This document shows, in pieces, positions 9,341 to 19,332 of a stretch of DNA of 64,000 nt. Location of the stretch: positions 640,001 through 704,000 of the forward strand of contig CAXXXD010000002.1 in assembly GCA_963663385.2 (NCBI GenBank). Reading direction: 5' to 3'. Made by a program: the position numbers and the translations under genes. Position 1 is the first letter of the stretch; each line of letters begins with the position of its first letter. Source of the stretch: Oceanispirochaeta sp. (lineage in GTDB: Bacteria; Spirochaetota; Spirochaetia; DSM-2461). The notes beneath the pieces are model-generated. The model saw only the letters and a list, made by a program, of their open reading frames with translations, did not search any database and was not told where the DNA came from.

Positions 9341-11080
9341 TTAAACGCAGATCTTTGCGGACTGGGCATCCAGCATACCGGCAAACACACCATTCCTGCT
9401 GCGAAGATCATCCGCCGTTCCCTCTTCGGCCACCATACCATCTTTCAGGACGACAATATGATCGGCATGACTGATTGTCCGCATCCGGTGGGCAATAATC
9501 AGAAGGGTTTTGTTTTTTACAAGGGCGGATATCCCTTCCTGAATCTTGGTTTCATTCTCCACATCAATACTGGCGGTGGCTTCATCCAGCAGAACAATAG
9601 GGGCGTCTTTTAAGAGAGCCCGGGCAATCGATACCCGCTGCCTCTCTCCTCCGGAGAGGGTTTCGCCATTTTCTCCGATAATTGTATTGTATCCTTCGGG
9701 CATCCTTTCGATAAAATCATGACAGCGGGCTGCCCTGGCGGCTTCTATTACCTCTTCTTGGGTAGCGTCTTTTTTCCCGATGCGGATGTTATCGGCAATA
9801 CTCGCATTAAATAGAACAACATCCTGAAATACTACCGAGTAGTACTGCAGCAGGGCCTCGGGGTCGATTCTGGAAATATCCTCTCCGCCAAGGAGAATCC
9901 TGCCCCTGTCTATATCCCAGAAACGGGCGGCCAGTTTGGCCGATGTGCTTTTGCCTCCGCCGGAAGGACCGACAAGAGCTGTCACTTCTCCCTGTCGTGC
10001 TGTAAATGATACATCTTTTAGAACCTGTTTCCCCGATTCATAGGAAAAATCGACATTTTGAAATTCTATATTGAAATCCCTGGGGATAAATCCGGTAAAT
10101 CCCTGCTGAACGGGAAGTGCTTCCATTTCCTTCATTCGGTTAATGCGGACATCCAGAAAAACAAGAACCGCCATATTGCTGAATACCTCCATTACCGGAT
10201 TGTAGATGCTGGAGGAGATCATTAGAAAAATCAGATAGGTAAAGAGATCGATCATCCCCTGTTCCAATAAGAGAACTCCGGCTACAGCTACGGATGCCAG
10301 GCCGAGTTTCAGAATTATATAGGATAGGTTAATCAGAACGCCGACCAGAAGTTCTCCCTTAATCTGATCCTGTTCATACCCTTTTAGATTTTCGTCCAGC
10401 CTGCGTACGTAGGCTTCCTCCTGATTGTAGGCTTTTATCTCCTGAATGGTTTCAAGCCCCTCCTGGATCTGTTCGGTCACCCCTCTTTTTATTTGATAGT
10501 GTCCGCTGTGAGCCCTCCCCATAGCCCTCCGGGAGAGTAGAATAACCGCCGCCGCCAAAGGGACCACCCAGAACAGGGCAATCGACATCTGCCAGTTAAA
10601 GAAGAATAGTCCCAGGGCTATGACACCCAGACTGAGAAGGGACGCATAGAGCTGTGGAACAGAATGGGAGAATATTTGTTCCAGAGCGGTACAGTCATCC
10701 ATGATGGTAGAGGTTAAATCGGACAGATTCTTCTCTCCGAAAAAAGCCAGTGGCAGTTTCCGGAGTTTTTCAGCAAGTTCGACGCGGCGCCGGGCGCTTT
10801 CGTTATAGGTCACCGTATAGGTGCTGCGATACTGGAATCTGGCGATAACGTACATAAGAACCATCAGGGCAACACCTGTTAGCAGGTAGAAAGAGAATCC
10901 CCGGTCCGAAAAGGCGGTCCCATTCAGAACGGGCTGCAGATAATCCTGAAGGAAATAATAGACGAGTATAGGGGGAAACATAAGAGAAATAAAATGAAGA
11001 AAGGTAAAGAACACTCCTTTGGAAAAATCCTTTGCCCCTTTCTCTGACATGGCGAAACGGTCCTGAAAAAACTTAAGCAT
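9341..11080 (-). CDS. ABC transporter permease/ATPase half (YbtQ/IrtB-like)
   Basis: Six-TM domain plus GPSGGGKST, LSGGERQR, LLDEATAS; overlaps its partner gene. Confidence 0.9.
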   Translation of the reverse strand: MLKFFQDRFAMSEKGAKDFSKGVFFTFLHFISLMFPPILVYYFLQDYLQPVLNGTAFSDRGFSFYLLTGVALMVLMYVIARFQYRSTYTVTYNESARRRVELAEKLRKLPLAFFGEKNLSDLTSTIMDDCTALEQIFSHSVPQLYASLLSLGVIALGLFFFNWQMSIALFWVVPLAAAVILLSRRAMGRAHSGHYQIKRGVTEQIQEGLETIQEIKAYNQEEAYVRRLDENLKGYEQDQIKGELLVGVLINLSYIILKLGLASVAVAGVLLLEQGMIDLFTYLIFLMISSSIYNPVMEVFSNMAVLVFLDVRINRMKEMEALPVQQGFTGFIPRDFNIEFQNVDFSYESGKQVLKDVSFTARQGEVTALVGPSGGGKSTSAKLAARFWDIDRGRILLGGEDISRIDPEALLQYYSVVFQDVVLFNASIADNIRIGKKDATQEEVIEAARAARCHDFIERMPEGYNTIIGENGETLSGGERQRVSIARALLKDAPIVLLDEATASIDVENETKIQEGISALVKNKTLLIIAHRMRTISHADHIVVLKDGMVAEEGTADDLRSRNGVFAGMLDAQSAKICV

Positions 11081-12854
11081 AACTCACCTCCGATTCAATG
11101 GTCCATTCAACAGCCTGCTGATACTCATTCCACATGCGATTGTACATACCGTCCATAGCCATCAGTTCTCCGTGGGAACCGGCTTCAGCAATCTTTCCTT
11201 CATTAATCACAAGGATTTTATCCACATCCTGAACAGTGGTCAGGCGGTGCACAATCATAAGAACCGTCTTTCCTTTTGTCAGCTCGCGCAGAGCCTTCTG
11301 GATTAGATGTTCGTTTTCCGGATCAGCGAAAGCGGTGGCTTCATCGAGAACGACAATGGGCGCATTCTTGAGAAAAGCCCTTGCCAGGGCAATCCGCTGC
11401 TGTTCTCCTCCGGAAAGGTAGGTCCCGTCCGCACCTATCTTTGTATTAAGCCCATCGGGCAGCCTGTCGATGATCTCGCGGCACTGGGCGAGCTCAAGGG
11501 CCCGCTCAACCTCATCTATAGACGCTTCGGCATTTCCATATCTTATATTTTCAAGAAGGCTTGTTTTAAAAAGCCTTGTATTCTGAAACACAAAGGAAAC
11601 ATTATTCATTAGATCGTCTTTTGAAATATCTCTTACATCGGTTTCGCCTATGGTGACGCTGCCGCTCTGGACATCCCAGAACCGGGGGATCAGCCTGGCT
11701 ATGGTCGTCTTACCGCCCCCCGAGGCTCCTACAAGGGCAAAGGTCCGTCCCTGGGGAATTGTAAAGCTGACTCCATCAACCGCATTCTGTTCGGTTCCCG
11801 GATACTTGAAAAGGACGTTATTGAAAGAAACATCATAGTTTTTTATGGCAGCAGAATGCTCCGGATAGGAAAAAGCCGTAACATCCGTCAGGTTCTCAAT
11901 CCGTGTTATGGCTTCACCGGCAAGAAAGAGATTCTGACTGATATGCATGCTCTTCATGATATTGACCGATAGTATAGGAGTCAGAAGAACATAGAGAAAC
12001 ATATCCACGATAACCTGGGAAGAACCGCCGGTTCTCCGGATCAGCAGAATCGCCATGGGAATGAGAAAGAAGGCGAAACAATGGACGATCACCCCGTAGA
12101 AAGAGTAGGGCTTCTCCCAGCTGTCTGTATACTTTTTTACCAGATCATTGTACTTCCGGATACTGTCGTGAAAGCGTTTAAAAGAGAAGATCGTCTGCTG
12201 AAAGACCTTCACTACCGGAATACCACGGACGTATTCGACAGCCTCCATACTCATATTCTCTTGTGCATCCATATAGAGCTTCTGGAATTTCATGGAGCCT
12301 GTTGTCATCATGGTTCCCATGGTTCCGAAAGCCAGAACAAGAGGTATCAGACAGGCCAGCCCCAGTCGCCAGTCAAAAATAAAGATCATGGCAACGGTCG
12401 TCAGAGGCATGACGATGGTTCCGGCTAAATCGGGTAGCTGATGAGCCAGGAAGGTATGGGTTGTTGAGCTGTCATCATCAATGATCTTTCTGATGCGCCC
12501 GCTGGTATTGTTATCGAAGAAACCGAGAGGCAGATGAACAATCTTCTTCATGGCCTCCCGGCGGATATTCCCTTCTACCCTGAAGGCCGCCAGGTGGGAA
12601 CTCATCAAAGCTATAAAGTAGAGGACAACGCTTAAAACAGCCGTTCCACCGGCCCACCAGGCATAACTTGCAACGGCGGTTCCCGCGATGCGGCCGGAAT
12701 TCGTCAGAAGTGCACGTACGATAAGCCAGATAAATATGTAAGGCATCATCCCCGCCGCCGCCGACAGGGCTGAAGTAATCAGAGACAGGGGCAGCAGGGC
12801 CCTTCGGCCTCCCATATACTTCTCCAGCCTTTTCAATACAGAATCTTTTTTCAT
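11073..12854 (-). CDS. ABC transporter permease/ATPase half (YbtP/IrtA-like)
   Basis: SHLAAF, LAHQLPD, EYVRGIPVVKVF, GASGGGKTT, LSGGEQQR, DEATAFADPENE. Confidence 0.9.
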   Translation of the reverse strand: MKKDSVLKRLEKYMGGRRALLPLSLITSALSAAAGMMPYIFIWLIVRALLTNSGRIAGTAVASYAWWAGGTAVLSVVLYFIALMSSHLAAFRVEGNIRREAMKKIVHLPLGFFDNNTSGRIRKIIDDDSSTTHTFLAHQLPDLAGTIVMPLTTVAMIFIFDWRLGLACLIPLVLAFGTMGTMMTTGSMKFQKLYMDAQENMSMEAVEYVRGIPVVKVFQQTIFSFKRFHDSIRKYNDLVKKYTDSWEKPYSFYGVIVHCFAFFLIPMAILLIRRTGGSSQVIVDMFLYVLLTPILSVNIMKSMHISQNLFLAGEAITRIENLTDVTAFSYPEHSAAIKNYDVSFNNVLFKYPGTEQNAVDGVSFTIPQGRTFALVGASGGGKTTIARLIPRFWDVQSGSVTIGETDVRDISKDDLMNNVSFVFQNTRLFKTSLLENIRYGNAEASIDEVERALELAQCREIIDRLPDGLNTKIGADGTYLSGGEQQRIALARAFLKNAPIVVLDEATAFADPENEHLIQKALRELTKGKTVLMIVHRLTTVQDVDKILVINEGKIAEAGSHGELMAMDGMYNRMWNEYQQAVEWTIESEVSYA

Positions 12855-12881
12855 TAACTTTTCTCCTCAAAGTTTTTATTT

Positions 12882-14264
12882 TTATGCCGAGACCTGTTCT
12901 GTCTGCATTCTGTTTACTTCTCCCCGCCGGAGTTTTCTGAACTCCGCTGTAACCATGGTGAAAACCCATAAAACGATTATCAGGTCGATACAGAAGGAGC
13001 CCTTGTATACCCAGTCAACACCGAAAAAACGCGGCAGGGTCAGCATGACCGGTACATAGAAGACCAGTTGTCTGGCAATGCCCATAATCGAAGCGGGTTT
13101 ACCGTTGTTTATGGCAGGGAAGAAGGTCATGGCCATAAAAATGATGGGAAGAACCGGAAGCAGGGCCATGAATATACGGAAATTGGACAGATCGGATGAC
13201 AGAAATTCTTTGGCCGGCAGCATTATATGCAGTACCAGTTGGGGATCTATCATCATAACAGCCCAGAATGGAGACATCAGAATGGTCGCCGCCACACCGA
13301 AAATCCTGAAGCTGCTGATAACACGGTCGTATTTTTCGGCGCCGAAATTAATTCCAACCGCCGGCTGCAGCGCCCGCATAAGGCCGAATATCGGGGTCAG
13401 CATAAACATAAACAGGCGGTAAGCTATCCCGTAAAAGGCAATATCTGCGGTCGTTCCGTAGCGGCTCAATGCATTGAGCACAACGACTCCCTGTATCAGG
13501 GTCATAAAGGTCATAATCAGGGAGGGAATACCGTTGGACATGATCACTTTCATAATTTCCCTGTCCCTTGAGATTGTAAAAGGTCTGGCGTCAAATGAAA
13601 TCCGTTTGCCCGAGGCATAGACGTAAAAGACGATTGTGTAGACCAGCATCCCCATATTGGTTCCCCAGGCGGCGCCCTTCACGCCAAAGCCCAGAATAAC
13701 TATCAGGATGTAATTGGCTATTATGTTCACCACAAGGCCCACGGCCATCATAATAGCCGCCGATCCCATCTTTCCTTCGGAGCGGACCACCATATTCCCC
13801 GACAATCCGGCAATCCAGAATACAGCGCCGTAGAGGGTCACCTTAAAATAGTCGACTCCAAAGATAAGCTCTTCACCGGAGCCTCCCATCATACGGACAA
13901 GAGGCCGGGCCAGAAAAAGACCGGCAATGGTCAGACCGATCCCGTATACAATATTCAGATAATTCACATTGCCGATCAGTTTTTTCTGTGTGGCATGATC
14001 ATTCGCGCCCAGGGCAATACTCAAAACCGATCCGGCTCCGACCCCCACCAGCGAACCGAACCCCAGAGAAAGCTGGCTCAGGGGATAGGCCAGAGAGACA
14101 CCGGCCAGGGCTGTTTCACCTACAAAGCGTCCTACAAAAATCGCATCAAAAACAGTGTTCAATCCGTATAGAACCATGGCAATGACAGCCGGCCAGGAAA
14201 GGTTGATCATAACCTTCCAGATATTCTCTTCCAGAATCATATTCTTCTGTTTATCTCTTTCCAT
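12882..14264 (-). CDS. MATE family efflux transporter (MepA-like)
   Basis: About 12 TM segments, DAIFVGRFVG..ALAGVS, GVKGAAWGT; start taken at ATG 14264 after GGAGGA. Confidence 0.9.
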   Translation of the reverse strand: MERDKQKNMILEENIWKVMINLSWPAVIAMVLYGLNTVFDAIFVGRFVGETALAGVSLAYPLSQLSLGFGSLVGVGAGSVLSIALGANDHATQKKLIGNVNYLNIVYGIGLTIAGLFLARPLVRMMGGSGEELIFGVDYFKVTLYGAVFWIAGLSGNMVVRSEGKMGSAAIMMAVGLVVNIIANYILIVILGFGVKGAAWGTNMGMLVYTIVFYVYASGKRISFDARPFTISRDREIMKVIMSNGIPSLIMTFMTLIQGVVVLNALSRYGTTADIAFYGIAYRLFMFMLTPIFGLMRALQPAVGINFGAEKYDRVISSFRIFGVAATILMSPFWAVMMIDPQLVLHIMLPAKEFLSSDLSNFRIFMALLPVLPIIFMAMTFFPAINNGKPASIMGIARQLVFYVPVMLTLPRFFGVDWVYKGSFCIDLIIVLWVFTMVTAEFRKLRRGEVNRMQTEQVSA

Positions 14265-14294
14265 ACATCCTCCATATACGTCTTCCAACCATCT

Positions 14295-14942
14295 TCAGTT
14301 CTCTTCAAAAAGCCTGTCCCAGCCGGCGGAATAGAATTTCCAGAGCATAACCACATGATCTCCGGCTTCTTTTCTGGAAAGATCATGGACAATGGTCTCA
14401 AAAACAGCATTGAAGTATCCGTTTATCAGCAGATGAATCAGGTTGGGACTCAGGGATATCTCTTTTTTTTCCGTCCTGTTAATCATGTCTATATAACGGT
14501 AGGTATATTCGGTTTCTATCTCTACCAGAGAATCTGTAAAACCCGAATACTCCGTCCCGTCCGAACGGGAAAGGATCAGTTTGAATTCAGTAAAATTGTC
14601 ATACATATAGTCCAGCATCTCATTCAGTTTTTTCAGACTGTAATCATGCATCCAGGCCTGGTCTGTCTCATCCTCCAGGGTGAAATCCTCCTGGGCTTTG
14701 ATAAACATATCCCTCAGCTGCCGGGCGGGAGCCTCCACAAGGGTTTTGAACAGAGTCTGTTTATCCGGGAAGAGTCCGTAAAATGCGCCAGTTGTTACTC
14801 CGGCGGCTTTTGCAATTCCCCGCAGGGATGCTTCCCTGAATCCCTTTTCCATAAACTCCCTGAGCGCCGCTTCGAGTATGCGTTCTCTGGTTGTTGTTAT
14901 TTCCTGCTTCAAATCGGATCTCCTTTCCCTTCTTTCATACAT
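14295..14942 (-). CDS. TetR/AcrR family regulator
   Basis: ILEAALREFMEKGFREASLRGIAKAAGVTTGAFYGLFPDK HTH. Confidence 0.93.
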   Translation of the reverse strand: MYERRERRSDLKQEITTTRERILEAALREFMEKGFREASLRGIAKAAGVTTGAFYGLFPDKQTLFKTLVEAPARQLRDMFIKAQEDFTLEDETDQAWMHDYSLKKLNEMLDYMYDNFTEFKLILSRSDGTEYSGFTDSLVEIETEYTYRYIDMINRTEKKEISLSPNLIHLLINGYFNAVFETIVHDLSRKEAGDHVVMLWKFYSAGWDRLFEEN

Positions 14943-14951
14943 TCCTGATGG

Positions 14952-16985
14952 TTAAAAAATCAGAAGACCGACCCTGTAGGCAAGACCGCCGGCTATAAGA
15001 GAGGTCACTATGTAGTACAGGGAGCTGCCGGCCGTCCATTTCCAGGACTTTGTTTCCGAATAGATTGTCGCCACCGTACCCAGGCAGGGGATGGAGAAGA
15101 AGAAGGCGAAGATAAACGCCAGGGCGGAAGCGGGGGAGACCGACTGGAGCAGGGTTCCGGTCAGGGTCGCTGCCTCATAACCTCCTTCGCCGATCATGAA
15201 ACTGGTGATGGAGTTGGCTCCCGCACCGAGTCCGTACAGTACGGCGATTACCGACATGGACGCTTCTTTGGCAATCATGGCGGCCATTAAGGCTATAAGC
15301 AGCTTCCAGTCCAGCCCCAGCAGACTGGTCACTGGGTCAAAGAAACGCCCGATGGCTGCCAGTATGGAATTCTCCATATTCCCGTCTTTCTGATAGGACA
15401 GAGCCCATATAATAAGCGATAAAAGGGTGATAAGGGTGACGGCCCGTTTGACAAAGGCCTTAGCCTGAACCCATACATGGGAAAATACGGTTTTCCAGTT
15501 GGGTTTATGATAGGGCGGCAGTTCCATGATGAGTCCCATGGCTTCTCCCGGGACAATAAACTTCCGCATTAGGACCGATGTAAAGGCAAGGTGAAACACC
15601 ATGACAACCAGCAGGGACAGAATAACAAGGGGCATGCCGCTGCCGAAGAAGATAGCTCCCATAAAACTGACCACAGACCAGAGGGCCAGGCAGGGGATTA
15701 TGGAAACCATTACCAGGGTCACCATCCTCTGTCTCCAGGAATCGATGACCCTGGTGCCCGTTACACCGGCAATATTGCAGCCGAAGCTCATAAGAAGAGG
15801 CATAAAGGATTTTCCGTGCAGTCCCACCCTGTTCATGGACCGGTCGAACAGATAAGCCAGTCGGGAGAGATAGCCCACATCTTCCAGAATCCCGAAAACC
15901 GTATAGATTCCGATGATATAGGCCAGCATGCAGACGGCTACGCTCAATCCCGGGATAAGCCCGTCCGTGACAAGGGCTATATACCAGGGCAGGCTGTCTC
16001 CAAAGATCGTACGCATCTGCTCTGCCAGAAGGGGGGCCGACCCCATGACAATACCCATTACGGGACCCGCCACAATCATGGCAGCTCCAAAAGCAATGAT
16101 CAGTATGAAGAATGCCAGAATTTTTCCAAAGAAAGGGTGAGTCGCGTATTTATCCAGGGAGCTGTCTTTTTTTTCCTTTTTCAGATCGCCGGTTCTTTTC
16201 AATACTGATGTGAGGACTTCGTTTATCCAGCTGTACCGGGCGCCAGCCATAATCAGCTGGCCGTCATCATAATCATTGAGGATCATTTCCATCCTGTTCC
16301 GATCATCCCTGTCCAGTCGTTCCCGGGCTGTCTTATAGACCTCTTCATCTCCTTCGATCAGCTTTACAATCATCCAGTTTTCCCGGTTCGGATCACCAAG
16401 CTTTCCATTCAGAAGAGACTTAAGGCTGTTGTATACATCAAACTCTGTAAAATCGGGTCCCCTGTGATTATTTCTGCCTTCCTCTACTGTTTTTTCTGCA
16501 GCAACAAGAAGTTCATCAAGTCCCCGGTTTTTTGATGCTGTCATGGGTACTACAGGAATGCCCAGCTGTTCTTCCAGCAGAGCCGTATTGATCTCTTTTC
16601 CCTGATCGGCGGCTACATCCATCATATTAAGGGCCAGGATGACAGGCGCCTGGAGCAGTTTCATTTCCGTGAGCAGGTAGAGGCTCCTTTCCAGCTGGGA
16701 CGCATCGGCCATTACAACCAGAACATCGGGTTTTTCTCCGATGATAAAGTCCCGGGCAATCCGTTCTTCCACGGAATTGGCCGATAAACTGTAGGTTCCC
16801 GGTAGATCGACAACTTCCCACTCCCTCCTGTTCCGGTTGAACCGGCCGGACTTCTGTTCTATTGTTTTTCCCGGCCAGTTTCCCACATGCTGGTGGGCCC
16901 CGGTTAATCTGTTGAATACAGTCGATTTGCCCGTATTGGGCTGTCCAGCCAGGGCAATGGTTCTGGTTTTTACTGCTGTTTTCAT
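14952..16985 (-). CDS. feoB: Ferrous iron transporter FeoB
   Basis: GQPNTGKST, VGNWPGKT, DLPGTYS, NMMD G-motifs; FGCN and MELPPYH membrane motifs; start at MKTAVK. Confidence 0.95.
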   Translation of the reverse strand: MKTAVKTRTIALAGQPNTGKSTVFNRLTGAHQHVGNWPGKTIEQKSGRFNRNRREWEVVDLPGTYSLSANSVEERIARDFIIGEKPDVLVVMADASQLERSLYLLTEMKLLQAPVILALNMMDVAADQGKEINTALLEEQLGIPVVPMTASKNRGLDELLVAAEKTVEEGRNNHRGPDFTEFDVYNSLKSLLNGKLGDPNRENWMIVKLIEGDEEVYKTARERLDRDDRNRMEMILNDYDDGQLIMAGARYSWINEVLTSVLKRTGDLKKEKKDSSLDKYATHPFFGKILAFFILIIAFGAAMIVAGPVMGIVMGSAPLLAEQMRTIFGDSLPWYIALVTDGLIPGLSVAVCMLAYIIGIYTVFGILEDVGYLSRLAYLFDRSMNRVGLHGKSFMPLLMSFGCNIAGVTGTRVIDSWRQRMVTLVMVSIIPCLALWSVVSFMGAIFFGSGMPLVILSLLVVMVFHLAFTSVLMRKFIVPGEAMGLIMELPPYHKPNWKTVFSHVWVQAKAFVKRAVTLITLLSLIIWALSYQKDGNMENSILAAIGRFFDPVTSLLGLDWKLLIALMAAMIAKEASMSVIAVLYGLGAGANSITSFMIGEGGYEAATLTGTLLQSVSPASALAFIFAFFFSIPCLGTVATIYSETKSWKWTAGSSLYYIVTSLIAGGLAYRVGLLIF

Positions 16986-17212
16986 AGTTTCTGCTCCATA
17001 ACCTTTATGCATTGTGATTCCCTGCGGCCAACGGCTATCCGGCTATCCCTCAGGGATACAATAAGGGGGCCTCTCCGGTTGTTCCGGAAGATGGACAGTT
17101 TTGTTCCGGGGGTGAACCCCATGGCGGTGATGCGGCTGAGGAAATGCCTGCTCCCGTTCAGTGAATGGATAATGGCCGATTCTCCTTTTTTCAGATTACC
17201 GAGTGTGCACAT
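16982..17212 (-). CDS. feoA: FeoA family protein
   Basis: 76 aa, RITAMGFTPG..GPLIVSLRDSRIAVGRRE; overlaps feoB start. Confidence 0.92.
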   Translation of the reverse strand: MCTLGNLKKGESAIIHSLNGSRHFLSRITAMGFTPGTKLSIFRNNRRGPLIVSLRDSRIAVGRRESQCIKVMEQKL

Positions 17213-17456
17213 AGCGTTCTCCTTTTCTGGTTAATATCCAAATGACTCCCGATCCCTGTGGGCATCCGGCGGAATCCCTGCATCCCGGGCATCTGGAGCA
17301 TCCGTTTTCTGTTTTCAACTGTTTCAGGTATCCAAGTCTGACAAGCTCATGGATCATATGGGATGCCAGATCCGTACTGGTATTCAATTCCGAGGCAATA
17401 TCCCGGATATTTCCGGCGTTGCCGCCGCTGATGGATTTCAGTACCCTGTCAAGCAT
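17196..17456 (-). CDS. FeoC-like winged-helix protein with Cys cluster
   Basis: IASELNTS..LVRLGYL wHTH plus CSRCPGC..GC; first gene of the feo operon; start at MLDRVL. Confidence 0.75.
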   Translation of the reverse strand: MLDRVLKSISGGNAGNIRDIASELNTSTDLASHMIHELVRLGYLKQLKTENGCSRCPGCRDSAGCPQGSGVIWILTRKGERYVHTR

Positions 17457-17495
17457 TTCTTCTACCTCATGTAACAGTGTTATATTGTTAATAAT

Positions 17496-17524
17496 AGTTA
17501 ACAAAAGCTGTCTGGTTTTGTCAA
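17496..17524 (-). promoter_or_regulatory. Sigma70-type promoter of the feo operon, with nearby palindromes
   Basis: Minus strand TTGACA-17 nt-TTAACT; nearby dyads TAACAGTGTTA (17472-17482) and TTTAGAGTCTAAA (17566-17578). Confidence 0.55.
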
Positions 17525-17757
17525 TAGTTAGTCGCTATTAATAATATTATTTATATATAAATATATTTAGAGTCTAAAATATCCTGTAGGCTTATCCATT
17601 TGGCTCTCTGCTTTTTCGTTATTTTTATATCGATTAGATTGACTTAATCAGTAGGCGGGGTATACAATTTTCTTTATCTGAGAAACTGCTTAAGGGAGTT
17701 TCAAGGATTCAAAAACATACTGAACCTGAGGCTCTGTGCTGAAGGAAAGGGGATCAT

Positions 17758-19260
17758 ATGCCAATTACTCTTGAAAAAAAGAAATCCTGGATGGAATCTG
17801 TAATCCGTCCGGAGGAAAACGAGCGCTTTCTGAAAAACGGAAAAGATTTTATTGATGAAGAGAAAATCTTCGGTCTGCTGAACGATACCGCATCGACCGA
17901 TCCGGCCTTTATCAGGGCTATCCTGGACAAAAGCCGGAGCATTCAGCGACTGGAACCGGAAGAAACCGCCGCTCTCCTGCGGGTGGAAGATCCCTCCCTG
18001 ATCTATGAAATGGAGGAGTGTGCCAGACAGGTCAAAAAAAAGGTCTATGACAACAGGATTGTTACTTTTGCTCCTCTCTACTGCAGCAATCACTGTGTGA
18101 ACAACTGCCTCTACTGCGGATTCCGGAAAGACAACAGCGGTGAGGTTCGCCGCCGGCTTTCCATGGACGAGATTAAAAAGGAAACCGAAGCCCTGGTTAA
18201 ACTGGGACATAAGCGGCTGATTGTTGTATACGGGGAACATCCCATGTCCGATGCGGACTATATGGCCGATTCCATAAGAGCCATTTACGATGTAAAGGTT
18301 CCCGCCCGGCGGGGAACCGGCGAGATCCGGCGGGTAAACATAAATGCCGCCCCCCTCTCGGTTGAAGACTATAAAAAAGTGGCGGATGCGGGAATCGGGA
18401 CCTACCAGATCTTTCAGGAAACCTATCACCATGAAACCTACGCCCGTATGCACCCATCGGGACTCAAGGCAGACTATCACTGGCGTCTCTATGCCCTGCA
18501 CCGGGCCATGGATGCGGGTATTGACGATCTGGCTATCGGAGGTCTGTTCGGTCTTTATAACTGGAAGTTCGAAGTGATGGGGCTTCTCCAGCATGCCATT
18601 GATCTGGAGGAACATTTTGGAATCGGTCCCCATACGGTTTCCTTTCCCCGTCTGAATCAGGCCTCGGGGACGGAGCTGCCCGGAACAAGCGGGTGGAAGG
18701 TTTCCGATCAGGCCCTCAGAAGGCTTATTACGGTACTGCGTCTGTCCATCCCTTATTCGGGGATGATCCTGACCGCACGGGAAACGCCCGAACTGCGCCG
18801 GGAGCTGATACCTCTGGGGATTACCCAGATAGACTGCTCCAGCAAAATAGGAATCGGTGCCTACAGCGCCGAAACGGACGAGCAGAAACTGGACGAGCAG
18901 CAGTTTATGCTGGGGGATACCCGGAGTCTGAACAGCGTTATAAATGAATTCGCCGATGAGAATCTGATTATGTCCTTCTGTACCGCCGGATACCGCTGCG
19001 GGCGGACGGGCGACAAGATAATGGACCTGTTGAAGACAGGAACAGAAGGTAAATTCTGCAAGCTCAATGCGGTTCTTACCTATCAGGAGTGGCTGGACGA
19101 CTATGCCGATGAGGAAACCCGCCGGAAGGGGGAGGCTGTTATCCGGAAGGAGCTGGCCGAGATTGATGCTGACCCTCACTTTGACAAGGGGAATCTGAGA
19201 GACTCCTTCTACGGCCTTCTGGACAGGATCCGCAAGGGCGAGAGGGATATCTATATCTGA
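17758..19260 (+). CDS. hydG: [FeFe]-hydrogenase H-cluster radical SAM maturase HydG
   Basis: FAPLYCSNHCVNNCLYCGF (CxxxCxxC), GEIRRVNINAAP, FQETYH, GPHTVSFPR, C-terminal SFCTAGYRC-X19-C auxiliary-cluster region. Confidence 0.92.
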   Translation: MPITLEKKKSWMESVIRPEENERFLKNGKDFIDEEKIFGLLNDTASTDPAFIRAILDKSRSIQRLEPEETAALLRVEDPSLIYEMEECARQVKKKVYDNRIVTFAPLYCSNHCVNNCLYCGFRKDNSGEVRRRLSMDEIKKETEALVKLGHKRLIVVYGEHPMSDADYMADSIRAIYDVKVPARRGTGEIRRVNINAAPLSVEDYKKVADAGIGTYQIFQETYHHETYARMHPSGLKADYHWRLYALHRAMDAGIDDLAIGGLFGLYNWKFEVMGLLQHAIDLEEHFGIGPHTVSFPRLNQASGTELPGTSGWKVSDQALRRLITVLRLSIPYSGMILTARETPELRRELIPLGITQIDCSSKIGIGAYSAETDEQKLDEQQFMLGDTRSLNSVINEFADENLIMSFCTAGYRCGRTGDKIMDLLKTGTEGKFCKLNAVLTYQEWLDDYADEETRRKGEAVIRKELAEIDADPHFDKGNLRDSFYGLLDRIRKGERDIYI

Positions 19261-19266
19261 TTATTA

Positions 19267-19309
19267 CCGGATTTTCTGCAGAAGCTGCCGGGTTCTGCAG
19301 AAAATCCGG
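19267..19309. terminator. Stem-loop between convergent hydG and methyltransferase genes
   Basis: Perfect 17-bp inverted repeat CCGGATTTTCTGCAGAA/TTCTGCAGAAAATCCGG. Confidence 0.75.
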
Positions 19310-19332
19310 ACATCCCTCCGGCCGCTGTATTT

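Noticed and set aside
17655..17752. TPP-riboswitch-like words (GGGG, CTGAGA, GAACCTGA, GAAGGAAA) upstream of hydG, a ThiH paralogue
   Set aside because: No ACCC to close P2, no proper P5 loop, and the likely promoter (TTGACT...TACAAT) would exclude GGGG from the transcript. An Infernal search with the TPP model would settle it.
17701..19179. 492-aa minus-strand ORF, and similar antisense ORFs such as 20-631, 7712-8368 and 37936-38610
   Set aside because: Shadow frames opposite well-supported genes, with no recognisable motifs.
17758..19260. Calling the gene thiH
   Set aside because: It has the C-terminal Cys-containing extension and HydG motifs, and no thi genes are nearby.
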